Below are positions 46,678-56,563 of a DNA stretch of 64,000 nucleotides, piece after piece (position 1 is the stretch's first letter; each line of letters starts with the position of its first letter). The stretch is from a virus, in IMG/VR virus record IMGVR_UViG_3300026521_000463, positions 1-64,000 of that record. One strand, given 5' to 3'. Below the pieces are notes generated by a model. The model was not told where the DNA came from, searched no databases, and saw only the letters and a list, made by a program, of their open reading frames with translations. The position numbers and the translations under genes are program-made.

Positions 46678-47487
46678 TTAATTATTTAAAACAATTGCAT
46701 CCTTGCTTGAATTATTTTCATTTAATTTCTTAACTATATCTTTAATTGTCGTTTGAGAACATTCACATTTTACAAATTCAGTTGAAATGACTTTTTTGCC
46801 ACCTAAATTTTTTGTTATATTACTTGTAAAATTAAAATAAACAGTATTGTCATCATTTATTTTAATGTTATAAACATTATCAAGATTTATAAATCTGTTC
46901 CCTACTTTTACCCATCTACCATCACTTGTCAATTTAGTAACAAATTCATACAATTCTTTTGAATCCTTAAAATTTTCAATTTCATAACTTGGTCTAACAT
47001 TTTCAACATTTTCTTTATTAGACTCAGTATTTTTAAAATTTAAAATTACACTCAACCTATCAAAATCATATACTATATTATTGATATTCTCAGAATTGTA
47101 GAAATTATTATCTCTTTCTATCCACATTTTTTCTCCTTTTAAGTATTCAATTATTCTTTCATTTTGTCCAGAAACTTTGATATTATAGTTTAAAAATTTA
47201 CTATAAATTCTTTTTTTAGATAAACTTGTCATAAAACAATAATCACCTTTATCTTCATAAAAAGTAATTTTAATAATCTTTTTAAGATTTACATATAATT
47301 TATCGTCAATTTTAAAAAATTGCGATAACTCGTCCTCACTAAAATTATCAAATTGTTTCTGAATATAAATATCTTCGCCCCTAATGTTTATCATTACATC
47401 AAGAGTTGCAGACCACTTATCCCCAAAATGTGTTATCTTGAGAATTTTATCTTTGTTATAAAACTCATTATCCGTCGCTAATTTCAT
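46678..47487 (-). CDS. internally repeated hypothetical protein
   Basis: four units with (D/N)..(F/L)(Y/I/V)N...I..I. Confidence 0.7.
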   Translation of the reverse strand: MKLATDNEFYNKDKILKITHFGDKWSATLDVMINIRGEDIYIQKQFDNFSEDELSQFFKIDDKLYVNLKKIIKITFYEDKGDYCFMTSLSKKRIYSKFLNYNIKVSGQNERIIEYLKGEKMWIERDNNFYNSENINNIVYDFDRLSVILNFKNTESNKENVENVRPSYEIENFKDSKELYEFVTKLTSDGRWVKVGNRFINLDNVYNIKINDDNTVYFNFTSNITKNLGGKKVISTEFVKCECSQTTIKDIVKKLNENNSSKDAIVLNN

Positions 47488-47557
47488 TTAATCTCTCCTT
47501 ATTTTTACTCGTTATTATTTAAAATAATCTGTTATAAGTTTTGATTAAATGAACTAT

Positions 47558-47589
47558 ATAATTATAACAGAATTATTTTAAATTGTCAA
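47558..47589 (-). promoter_or_regulatory. class I promoter
   Basis: TTGACA-N17-TATAAT. Confidence 0.8.
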
Positions 47590-47595
47590 TAGTTT

Positions 47596-49050
47596 TTATT
47601 CAAAATCTCCGAAATCAAAATCATCTTCAGAAGTGTCGTCAAATTTCAAATCTCCCGTTGAATCTTCAGGGACACCAAAACTTGCATTTAATTGACTTGT
47701 CAAATCTGGTAAATTATTGTTATCTATTTCATTGACTCTTTGATTTATTTGTTTTATTCCTGCTTGCTCGTCAATAACACCTTTAAAAGTCATTCTTGAA
47801 AAATCAACTTCTAATAAAACTTTTTCAAGTTTTCCTGTATATCTATTTTTATCTGCTTTTAAAATTATTTGTTTTTGCTGTCTTAACTCTTCATTTGAAA
47901 GCATACTCGCTGCGAAATCTGCTGTAGCAATTACACCGATTGATTCTGAAATGTTTTCCATACCTGCTTCTGTATTGTTATAAGAACTCCTATTCATTTG
48001 AGAACTTGAAATTATTATAATATCATTTTGCTTAGCAAATCCGTGTAACTCTTCAGCAATACTTTTAAAATAAGTGTATGAACCTTGACTTAACTTTGCT
48101 CTCGTTGATTTCATTAAGTTAAGATAATCTATAACAATGTAATCTAACTTGATATTATGCTCATTTTCAATTTCATCTTTTAAAAATTGTAAATCAAAAA
48201 CACTAAACCCTCCCGCGGGATATTCTTTAACAAAAAATTTACCTACATAATCTTTAACCTTGTCATATTTTGATTTATAAACATCCCAAGACATATTATC
48301 AAACTCGTGCAATTGAGTATAAAGAAGATTAGCATCAAACCTTTTTAAAATCTCTGCTTCTTCCATTTCAAGTGAGATATATAAACCATTTTTCTTTTGT
48401 AATGACATACCTGCTGAAACAGCAATTTTTAGCGCAGTTTTCCCTCCGTGAGATGGAGCAAGAAAGAGATTTAATGTTTTGCTCCTAAAACCACCACCTA
48501 ATAAATCGTCAAGAACATTTATTCCCGTTGAAATTTTTCTAAACTCCTCTTGGTATTTTTTGAATCTATTTTCTAAATCATTATGAAATTCTAAACCTAA
48601 ATCTGTGTCAAAATTATAATTTAGTGCCTTTTCAAATTTTACTATTATATCATTTTCAATATCATCTTTTTGTTTTAACTCATCCACACTTTCTAAAATA
48701 GCATCCATCAATGATATTTTTTTGAGATGTCTTTGAGTGAATTGTATTAAAAAATCAAAATTTTTTATATCTTGTTCGTTTTTTAATTCAGTTTTAATGT
48801 AGTTGAATACATTTTGTTTTAAATTTTTATCTAACCCACTCTCCATCATAAAAAGTGCTAATTCTTTGATTGACGGGGATTTTTCAAAATTTTTATGAAA
48901 CTTTTTAATATATTGGTATATTGTCTTAGTTTCTACTTTTTTAAAATTATTTTCTTCTAATTTTGAAAATACTCTAGCAAAATAAGCAGGGTTTTTCAAT
49001 AAATGAAAAATAATAATTTTTTCCCCATCGAGATTGTTTAATTCATTCAT
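47596..49050 (-). CDS. 41: replicative DnaB-like helicase (T4 gp41)
   Basis: APSHGGKT, YISLEM, VKEYP, IDYLNL, AEEL, SQMNR, SESIG...TAD, KNRY. Confidence 0.95.
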   Translation of the reverse strand: MNELNNLDGEKIIIFHLLKNPAYFARVFSKLEENNFKKVETKTIYQYIKKFHKNFEKSPSIKELALFMMESGLDKNLKQNVFNYIKTELKNEQDIKNFDFLIQFTQRHLKKISLMDAILESVDELKQKDDIENDIIVKFEKALNYNFDTDLGLEFHNDLENRFKKYQEEFRKISTGINVLDDLLGGGFRSKTLNLFLAPSHGGKTALKIAVSAGMSLQKKNGLYISLEMEEAEILKRFDANLLYTQLHEFDNMSWDVYKSKYDKVKDYVGKFFVKEYPAGGFSVFDLQFLKDEIENEHNIKLDYIVIDYLNLMKSTRAKLSQGSYTYFKSIAEELHGFAKQNDIIIISSSQMNRSSYNNTEAGMENISESIGVIATADFAASMLSNEELRQQKQIILKADKNRYTGKLEKVLLEVDFSRMTFKGVIDEQAGIKQINQRVNEIDNNNLPDLTSQLNASFGVPEDSTGDLKFDDTSEDDFDFGDFE

Positions 49051-49087
49051 ATTGTTTCTCCTTTAAATATATTAAAAATGATTATTT

Positions 49088-49121
49088 TATAATTATATTA
49101 TAAATGAAATATAAAATTAAC
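49088..49121 (-). promoter_or_regulatory. class II promoter
   Basis: GTTAATT-N17-TATAATTATA upstream of helicase. Confidence 0.65.
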
Positions 49122-49134
49122 CTAAGGAATTTAT

Positions 49135-50154
49135 ATGTGTGTAATAATTGCCAAAAAAATAAAAAATATAAATAATGAATTAGAATGGAATCTTTTTAAA
49201 TTTAGAGACAGGGCATACGACCCAAAATATGTTCTTAAATCATTTATTTATAAAAATGTAGAAGTTTTATATCTTAAAGATAAAAAATCAAAATGGATTG
49301 AAGGAATAAATTCATTTGGAATCACACTTGTATCAGCAGCACTTGATAATCATTCTGATGCTTCAATAGGCGGAGATAATACTTCAACCTTATTCAAAAA
49401 TTATCTGAAAACTGCTAATGAAAGAAATAGTATCATCCTAAAAAGAGCACTAAGACAAACTTCTATAGAAGATGCTCTTGAAGTTCTTGTAGATTCAAAA
49501 TTTATAGGTAATACTTTTTTAACGGACGGAAAAAAACTTTTCAGTATTGAAATTTCAATTCCACAAAAAAAATTATTAAATTACAGAAATTCATCTGAAG
49601 ATTTAGCAAAATTAAAATGGTCTGATTTTAAAGCAAAAATTATGCAAAATCTTGATGAAACTGATTTTAAGGTTTCAGTTAAAGAAGCATCAACTGAAAG
49701 ATTACTTGTTAAAACAAACCATTCAATCCAAATGAAAAATTTAGGATATCGTCCAGAACACAAGGGTTATAAATCAAGTGTTAAAAGAAGAGAAATTGTT
49801 AAGAATTTTATGAAAAATATAAAAACAGATTCAATTGAAAACATTATGTATCTTTTAACAAATCTTGATGACCCAAAACATTCTAAAAACCCTGAATTAA
49901 GACCATTAAGAACAAAAGAAAAAACTTCATTATCAAATAAAGAAAAAGAAAGACATAACATCACTGATTATTATACAACTGATATTTTTGGGTTTTCGCC
50001 TTCTAAAAGAACAATGTATCTTTTACCTATACATTCAAAAACTGAAAAAGGCAATTTTGATAATAAAGAAACTTCGTGTCATTTTGTTACATTAAGCAGA
50101 AGTTTTCTTAAAGAAAACTTATGCGAAATTCTTTATACAGATTTCAACGATTAA
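49135..50154 (+). CDS. N-terminal-nucleophile (Cys) hydrolase, NRDE/C45-like
   Basis: MCVIIA start, K.RDR, W.EGIN..GI, KTNH, S..RR. Confidence 0.65.
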   Translation: MCVIIAKKIKNINNELEWNLFKFRDRAYDPKYVLKSFIYKNVEVLYLKDKKSKWIEGINSFGITLVSAALDNHSDASIGGDNTSTLFKNYLKTANERNSIILKRALRQTSIEDALEVLVDSKFIGNTFLTDGKKLFSIEISIPQKKLLNYRNSSEDLAKLKWSDFKAKIMQNLDETDFKVSVKEASTERLLVKTNHSIQMKNLGYRPEHKGYKSSVKRREIVKNFMKNIKTDSIENIMYLLTNLDDPKHSKNPELRPLRTKEKTSLSNKEKERHNITDYYTTDIFGFSPSKRTMYLLPIHSKTEKGNFDNKETSCHFVTLSRSFLKENLCEILYTDFND

Positions 50155-50569
50155 ATTCGTTGTAATTCTCTTGAATTTCTTTTAAAGTTGAATTTTTAAG
50201 ATATTTTAAGTATTTGTATGCCATTTCATCATTTATCTTAAAATACCACTTTACAGCATCAAGATAAACTGACTTTTTAATTTTAGGTTTTGAAGGATAT
50301 CTTATAAACCCAACCCTCCCGAATAACATTTGTAGCAACTCAATAGATTTTTCTTGTGGTATGTTCATCACATTAAATTGATTTAATGTTTCTATAAATT
50401 TTGCTTCTGAACTTAAATGCTGTAAAAGCATATATTCACTTACTTTCTTAAACTCTTCTTTAGATAATTTTCCGTTAAAAAGTTTTTTATGATAATCAAA
50501 CATACCTAATTTTTTCTCTTTCTTAACTTCCTCTTCTTTTTTAGGTTCTTCGTCAAAAAATAATCCCAT
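50144..50569 (-). CDS. 62: clamp loader small subunit (T4 gp62)
   Basis: YMLLQHLS...N...; V..YF.IN...A..YL..L pattern, near gp44. Confidence 0.75.
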   Translation of the reverse strand: MGLFFDEEPKKEEEVKKEKKLGMFDYHKKLFNGKLSKEEFKKVSEYMLLQHLSSEAKFIETLNQFNVMNIPQEKSIELLQMLFGRVGFIRYPSKPKIKKSVYLDAVKWYFKINDEMAYKYLKYLKNSTLKEIQENYNEFNR

Positions 50570-50578
50570 TTGTTCTCC

Positions 50579-51118
50579 TTAAAATAGACTTCCGTCTTCT
50601 ATAATTATATTTTTAAAAATTTTTTCGTCTAATTTCCATTTCATAAATTTCATTAAATAATCTATCTTATCATATATTATTTTTTGAAAAGTGTTTAATT
50701 TTTTATTTTTTAACAAAAAATAAACTGTATAAAAACTTATTTTTCCTTCCTGAAACAATTGAAACACCTCATCTACTTCAATTTTTAAATTATTTTCCAT
50801 CAAAAATTCTATATCTGCTTGAATATATTTTAATGGGTTTTTCATAACATCTTTAAATTTATAGTATTCACTTCTATCCTTTAAATTGTTATGACAATAA
50901 TTAAGAAAAGTTTCAAAATTGCTTGCTGAATACTTATAAGTTACAAAAATAGCAAGCAATGCTATAAATTTTTTTTCATAATTTTTAAAAGGCAATAAAT
51001 AACTACTATAATGCTCAATTGTTTTCTTTGTATATTTTACACTTTTTAATCTTTTATTTATTTTTGAACCTTCATAAATTCTTCTTAGTAATAGATATAA
51101 TTCTAAATCTTCATTCAT
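50579..51118 (-). CDS. 59: helicase loader (T4 gp59-like)
   Basis: FQLFQEGKISFYT resembles gp59 FKLLQSNIISFET; follows gp33 as in T4. Confidence 0.6.
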   Translation of the reverse strand: MNEDLELYLLLRRIYEGSKINKRLKSVKYTKKTIEHYSSYLLPFKNYEKKFIALLAIFVTYKYSASNFETFLNYCHNNLKDRSEYYKFKDVMKNPLKYIQADIEFLMENNLKIEVDEVFQLFQEGKISFYTVYFLLKNKKLNTFQKIIYDKIDYLMKFMKWKLDEKIFKNIIIEDGSLF

Positions 51119-51126
51119 TTTAACTC

Positions 51127-51402
51127 CTAAAAGAATCCTAATCCACTCAATTTATTATCTTTTTGAATTTTTTTACTCATTGCTAAATTTTTAATGACTT
51201 CACTTGCTTCTATATAATCTTCAATATCTTCAACTCTGAAATCATTTTTTTCACAAAATCCTAAAATACCATCAATTATATCAAGTTGTGGATTTTTATT
51301 GAGGAATGAAACTATATTATTTTCTAAAATAGATATAATTTCATCCTTATTTTCGGCAGTCGGGATAATATAAGGAATGTCTTTTAATTTTATAGTTTTC
51401 AT
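51127..51402 (-). CDS. 33: late transcription co-activator (T4 gp33)
   Basis: LE..V.......IIDGILGFCEKND..VE. Confidence 0.7.
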   Translation of the reverse strand: MKTIKLKDIPYIIPTAENKDEIISILENNIVSFLNKNPQLDIIDGILGFCEKNDFRVEDIEDYIEASEVIKNLAMSKKIQKDNKLSGLGFF

Positions 51403-51409
51403 TTTAACC

Positions 51410-52369
51410 TCAATATACTGACATCAATTTTAATAAAAATGCCATTAAAGTAATTTCTTTATTTTTTGCAATTTTATCCATCTCTTGATATCTCGCTAAT
51501 TCCCCGACAATTCCAGGTTGTTTTTGTGCTGGTAAAAATTCATCCATTTTTTTCCAAAACCAAGTATAAAAATTTGAGGGATTATTAAGTAACATAACCA
51601 TACCTCTTGTAGCACTATAATTTTTTTCTTTAACTTTTTCCATTAAATCTGTAAAAATATCATCCACATCTAAGTTTTGAAGTTTTAATTTTCCATTTAT
51701 AACATTATCTTGTAATGATATTGTCATATTTCTCATAGAAGGATAATGTTTTTTAACAATTTCACCTATATCTTTTTTATCGTATTCAACCCCTTCAATT
51801 TCACAAATATCCATAAGTCTTTTATACATTTTTTTTGCTATTTCATTTTTGTGTTCTTGAAAAATAATATCAAAATCAAAAACTATAAATCTGCTCAATA
51901 AAGGTTCAATAAATCTGTCTTTATAATTTCCTGTAAGAAAAAATCTAACATTTCCTGCATATTGCTCAATCACACCTCTTAAAATATCTTGTGCCCCTGC
52001 ACTTCCTTGACTTGAAGTCGTTAAGTTATCTGCTTCATCTAGAACCAATAACTTTCTTTTACCTTGTGCTGACATCGTGCTTGCAAAACTTACAATTTCA
52101 TTTCTAATAGTTGAAACAGAATTATCTTGTGAAGCATTTATCCATTTCACATCTGAATCCAACTCGTGAATTAAAGCATTAAGCATACTCCCTTTACCTG
52201 TTCCTGGGGTGCTACTAACAAACATTATATTTGGAATGTTACCTTTATCAACATATTCTTGAAATTTTTCCATAAGGTAATCTGGTAAAATAACATCTTT
52301 TAATCTTTGAGGTCTATATTTTTCAACCCATAAGTCGTTAAATTTTTCATTATACACTAAATCTGGCAT
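51410..52369 (-). CDS. 44: clamp loader large subunit (T4 gp44)
   Basis: LWVEKYRP, PGTGK, INAS, LDEAD, PLLSR. Confidence 0.95.
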   Translation of the reverse strand: MPDLVYNEKFNDLWVEKYRPQRLKDVILPDYLMEKFQEYVDKGNIPNIMFVSSTPGTGKGSMLNALIHELDSDVKWINASQDNSVSTIRNEIVSFASTMSAQGKRKLLVLDEADNLTTSSQGSAGAQDILRGVIEQYAGNVRFFLTGNYKDRFIEPLLSRFIVFDFDIIFQEHKNEIAKKMYKRLMDICEIEGVEYDKKDIGEIVKKHYPSMRNMTISLQDNVINGKLKLQNLDVDDIFTDLMEKVKEKNYSATRGMVMLLNNPSNFYTWFWKKMDEFLPAQKQPGIVGELARYQEMDKIAKNKEITLMAFLLKLMSVY

Positions 52370-52394
52370 TTTTTCTCCTTTGTTTTGATTGATT

Positions 52395-52454
52395 CATGCA
52401 AATCCTTTTTATGATTTATAATATAATTATAACATAAAAAGGAATAAAAGTCAA
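52395..52454 (-). promoter_or_regulatory. class I promoter + RBS cassette
   Basis: TTGACT-N17-TATAAT ... AAGGATTTGCATG; opens only a 15-codon ORF. Confidence 0.85.
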
Positions 52455-52463
52455 GTAAATTGA

Positions 52464-53465
52464 CTAATAATTTATCTTTTGGTATTTTAGATTTTTGATA
52501 ACATTTTGTCTAATATCCGTTTGAATTGTAGTTTTAGATGGGTCATTTTCTTTTTCATTTGTTCCTACACCACTCCAACCTCTATATCCAGGATTAACAT
52601 TAAATGAATCACTTTTATAAGATATATATCTGCATTCATCAATTGTATCATCTGCATCAATTGAAGCAAATTCATTTTTTGATTCAATAAGTGTCATAAC
52701 ATTGTCATCTCCAGAATTAGCGAAATAAATCGATAAAGTTCCTTTTCCGTCAATTAGGTCAAACGACTGCGATGACTTTATATTTGAATTAAATGAAATT
52801 TTATATTCTACATTTGAAGAATTATAATCACTTATATTATCATTGTAATCTAAGGCAAATGCTTTATACTTTTTTAATACACCTTCATTGACATTTTTAG
52901 GAAGTTGTATTGAAAACTTATCAGGACGAATAGCGAAATTGTCCGTGCTGTATTCAATATAATGTTCTGTGTCTTTTTTTAATGTTACATTATAACATTT
53001 TCTGAATGGCGGATATTTTATCAAAACATAATATAAACCTTCATCAAGATTGTCTGTAATTTCCTCAACTTCTTTGAAACCTGTTAAAATTGTAGGACAC
53101 TCAACCTCATTTGATATAAATTCAATTTTATCTTTATCATATTCAAATTTCACTTTTACATTTTTATAAGATTTATCAATCTTAAATGGTAAAAGCGGGG
53201 TATAAGATTTCACTTCGGAAATATTCTTGTCATTTGAAACAAGAACTATTTTTATATTATGGATGTTAAGACATTTTCTTTCAATTTTTAACCAAAATTC
53301 TTTGCCATCAATTTTTGTAGATATACTCGATGCCGAATCTATATTGAATGCATTTAAACATTGATTTGAATCATCTGCTAATGCTTTATCTTTGTCGCTT
53401 GTTTTAAGGCAAGCACCATTTAACCCCAATATAATCAAGGGTATTAAAAATAATAATTTTTTCAT
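52464..53465 (-). CDS. exported protein
   Basis: signal peptide MKKLLFLIPLIILG; several Cys; STDNFAIRPDKF. Confidence 0.7.
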   Translation of the reverse strand: MKKLLFLIPLIILGLNGACLKTSDKDKALADDSNQCLNAFNIDSASSISTKIDGKEFWLKIERKCLNIHNIKIVLVSNDKNISEVKSYTPLLPFKIDKSYKNVKVKFEYDKDKIEFISNEVECPTILTGFKEVEEITDNLDEGLYYVLIKYPPFRKCYNVTLKKDTEHYIEYSTDNFAIRPDKFSIQLPKNVNEGVLKKYKAFALDYNDNISDYNSSNVEYKISFNSNIKSSQSFDLIDGKGTLSIYFANSGDDNVMTLIESKNEFASIDADDTIDECRYISYKSDSFNVNPGYRGWSGVGTNEKENDPSKTTIQTDIRQNVIKNLKYQKINY

Positions 53466-53506
53466 AATTTTATCCTTTCAAGGTGTTCGTATAATTATTT
53501 AACATT

Positions 53507-55192
53507 TTAATTTTTTACGATTACACTATACCCTTTATTTTCAATTGTATAGATTTTATTGAAAATATCTTTATTTTTAATGTCTTTATTATGTGTTATT
53601 AAAATTATTTCTTTTTCAGTAAAATTTTTATGAAGCAATTCTAAAATTTCATCAACACCATCTTCGTCTAAACTTCCGTTTATAAATTCATCAAGAAATA
53701 ATATATTAAATGAAATTTTGCTTTTTATTTCACTCAATTTTAAAAAGGCAAATAAAATAGCAATAATTACTCTCATTTTTTGCCCGTTACTTAACGAATT
53801 AAAACTATAATCCTTATTTCTGTAAATTATTCTTTCTTTAAAGAACTTGTCTAATATAAAATTATAGGACATACCTAATTTCTCTAAATATAAATTTATA
53901 TGATAATTCAAAATAGGTATTTGCTCGTCAATTAACTCACCTTTAAGATTATCTTCACTCAATAAAATTTCAAGTTCTTTTAAATCATTTAATTTTTGAG
54001 ATAATTCAATATATTCATCTTTAAGTTTTTTTAATATATCTTTTTTCTCATCGATTAACGATGTATTCACTTCAATTTCTTTAAGATTTTTTATTCCGTT
54101 TATTTTATTTTTTAAGTCAATTATCTTTTTTTCTGCTTCAACCTGTTTGAATTGTTCCATTTTTAAATCGGATAATTTTTGTTTTTCAGTTTCAATTTCT
54201 TTTTGGATAACTTCAAGATTTTTTTCAAAAAATGAGATATTTTCTTTCATTTTTTTGGCAGTTTCAACCTCGTCTTGATAATCAAAATCAAATTTTGCCA
54301 TAATTTCATTTCCACACTTATCACAGACTATTTTTTCATTTTCTGCTTTTTTAAATGCCTTTATATTTATGATATGTTTTTGAATATCATTTTTAAGTCC
54401 TTTTAATTGATTTTCAATTGTTTTTTTCTCAAATAAAAGTTCTTCAAGAGTTGTTTTATCAATCTCAATTTTTTTATCAAGTAATTTTCCAAGATTTTTT
54501 ATTTCATTCTCATAATTAGAAATCAATTCTTGTTTTTTATCAATAATTTCCTGTTTTTGTTTTTTTGCTTTTTCATATTCATTTTGTAAAGTCGTAATAT
54601 CGCTTTTTAAGGTTGAAGTTTTAAAATCATTTTCTTTAATTGACTCTTGAATATATTTTTTATAATTTTTAACTTTTTCTTTTAATTCATTAAAAATTGA
54701 AGTATCTAAAAGAATTTGAAAAACTTGTTCTTTTTCTTTAGGAGATAGTTCCATAAAATTTTTACTATTTGTAACATTTGCACCTAAATATAATAATTGA
54801 TTGAAAATCAATTCATCAAACCCAATCATTTCCTCAAATTTTTTCTGATAATCTTTAGACTTAGCATCCAAATCTAAGATTTTACCATTTACATATATCT
54901 CAAAAATGTTAGGTTTCATTCCTCTCTTGATAAAATATAAATCATCGTTTATCATAAATTCAAGTGTTACTAATAACTTTTTACCAGCAGTATCATTTAT
55001 CATTTCTGCTAATTTAACTTTATTAAGAGATTTACCAAACAGAGCAAAATAAATTGCAGCACCAATAGTTGATTTTCCTTGCCCGTTTTTTCCTGATAAT
55101 AAAGTCAAACCCGTTTCAGAAAATTCAATTGATTGTTCCTTTGAATAGGACATAAAATTTTGTAGTGTCAATTTTTTAAAATGAATTTTCAT
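53507..55192 (-). CDS. 46: recombination endonuclease subunit, Rad50/SbcC-like (T4 gp46)
   Basis: NFMS, GKNGQGKST, CDKC hook, LSNGQ, LDE, ITH. Confidence 0.95.
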   Translation of the reverse strand: MKIHFKKLTLQNFMSYSKEQSIEFSETGLTLLSGKNGQGKSTIGAAIYFALFGKSLNKVKLAEMINDTAGKKLLVTLEFMINDDLYFIKRGMKPNIFEIYVNGKILDLDAKSKDYQKKFEEMIGFDELIFNQLLYLGANVTNSKNFMELSPKEKEQVFQILLDTSIFNELKEKVKNYKKYIQESIKENDFKTSTLKSDITTLQNEYEKAKKQKQEIIDKKQELISNYENEIKNLGKLLDKKIEIDKTTLEELLFEKKTIENQLKGLKNDIQKHIINIKAFKKAENEKIVCDKCGNEIMAKFDFDYQDEVETAKKMKENISFFEKNLEVIQKEIETEKQKLSDLKMEQFKQVEAEKKIIDLKNKINGIKNLKEIEVNTSLIDEKKDILKKLKDEYIELSQKLNDLKELEILLSEDNLKGELIDEQIPILNYHINLYLEKLGMSYNFILDKFFKERIIYRNKDYSFNSLSNGQKMRVIIAILFAFLKLSEIKSKISFNILFLDEFINGSLDEDGVDEILELLHKNFTEKEIILITHNKDIKNKDIFNKIYTIENKGYSVIVKN

Positions 55193-55209
55193 TTTTACTC
55201 CTATTATTT

Positions 55210-55491
55210 TTATTTCTCTTTTTTATCTTCTTTATCGTCCTGAGTTGAATCTTTTTCTGAATCATTATTTTCATCTTTAATAAGTTTATATTCAATAATT
55301 TCAGTTAAAGGAAATGAAGTTCTGTTCCCGTGGTCATCAAAAACCCAAAAAGTGTTATCATCGTCATCAATTGAATCTAATTTATACCACTTTGTGTCTA
55401 TTAAAACTTTTACAGGTTTTTCATCAATAAGTAATTGCTTTAATGTTTTCAAATCATTACTATTTATTTCTTCTAAAATTTCTCTAAGCAT
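55210..55491 (-). CDS. hypothetical protein
   Basis: between gp47 and gp46; MLREILEEIN. Confidence 0.65.
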   Translation of the reverse strand: MLREILEEINSNDLKTLKQLLIDEKPVKVLIDTKWYKLDSIDDDDNTFWVFDDHGNRTSFPLTEIIEYKLIKDENNDSEKDSTQDDKEDKKEK

Positions 55492-55493
55492 TT

Positions 55494-56540
55494 TTATCCT
55501 TCTTCGTTAAATTTTAACACCTCATTTAAGATGCCATTAAGTTTAGGGTCCAATCTCTTTTTAATATATTCAATACCTTTAACTTGAATATCTTCATCAA
55601 GAATTTCCTCTTCTTTTGGGTCATATTTTATATCTATCAACTCGCTTAATTCTGCATTGTTAAAAACTTCAAAATCAAGATTTTTTTGCTTTAAATCATA
55701 TAATATCTCATTATATTTATTATCTTTAGCAGAATTGATATAGACATTAAAAATGTTTTTTTGAAGTATTTCTAAAACATTTTCATTTAATTTATCAAAA
55801 TATATATCTTCACCTAAACCACTTATTACCCAAGGTTTTTTGTTTCTGTCGTCATATTTTAATTTTAAATGCATAGGTGAAATTTCATTTTTTATAAATT
55901 CAATACCTTTATCAGTATCAAGAATATAAAATCCTTTGATTTCACCGTAATCACCCCATTCAAGTTGATAAGGTGTTCCGATATACATAACATTATCCTT
56001 TAATGATTTATTATGATAATGTCCACTGAATACCATTTTTGCTTTTGAAAATGTTTTTATATCTATCTCTCCGGCAATATATTTATCAATATCTTTGAAC
56101 TCAAAATGACCTAAAACAAATTCATTATAATCTTTTGGGATATCTTTTTTACTATCTATTATCCAAGGAACAAGTGTCATATCTTCTAAATCAGTTACTT
56201 CACTTATATTGATAAATTTATCATAAAATTTTTCTAAATGTTTCACTAAACTTACATCACTTCTGTTTCTGAAATATAAATCGTGATTTCCTTGGATATT
56301 ATAAAAAGTGATATTAAATTCTTTCAATAATTCTATAAATTCATTTATAAAATCATTAAAAAAATTTATATCTATAATAGTTCTATTATCAAAAAGGTCT
56401 CCCATTGAGATACATATTTCAATGTCTTCATCTTTCATTTTTTTAAACATTTCACGGAAAAATTCAATTTGATTCTTAAAAATTTTTTTGTTAAAATTCT
56501 TTTTTCCGAAATGTGGGTCACCTACTAAAACACATCTCAA
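55494..56540 (-). CDS. 47: recombination endonuclease subunit, Mre11/SbcD-like (T4 gp47)
   Basis: GDPHFG, GDLFD, GNHD, GHFE, SGHYH, YIGTPY; TTG start. Confidence 0.95.
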   Translation of the reverse strand: MRCVLVGDPHFGKKNFNKKIFKNQIEFFREMFKKMKDEDIEICISMGDLFDNRTIIDINFFNDFINEFIELLKEFNITFYNIQGNHDLYFRNRSDVSLVKHLEKFYDKFINISEVTDLEDMTLVPWIIDSKKDIPKDYNEFVLGHFEFKDIDKYIAGEIDIKTFSKAKMVFSGHYHNKSLKDNVMYIGTPYQLEWGDYGEIKGFYILDTDKGIEFIKNEISPMHLKLKYDDRNKKPWVISGLGEDIYFDKLNENVLEILQKNIFNVYINSAKDNKYNEILYDLKQKNLDFEVFNNAELSELIDIKYDPKEEEILDEDIQVKGIEYIKKRLDPKLNGILNEVLKFNEEG

Positions 56541-56563
56541 TTTAACTCCTTGATATAATTTTT

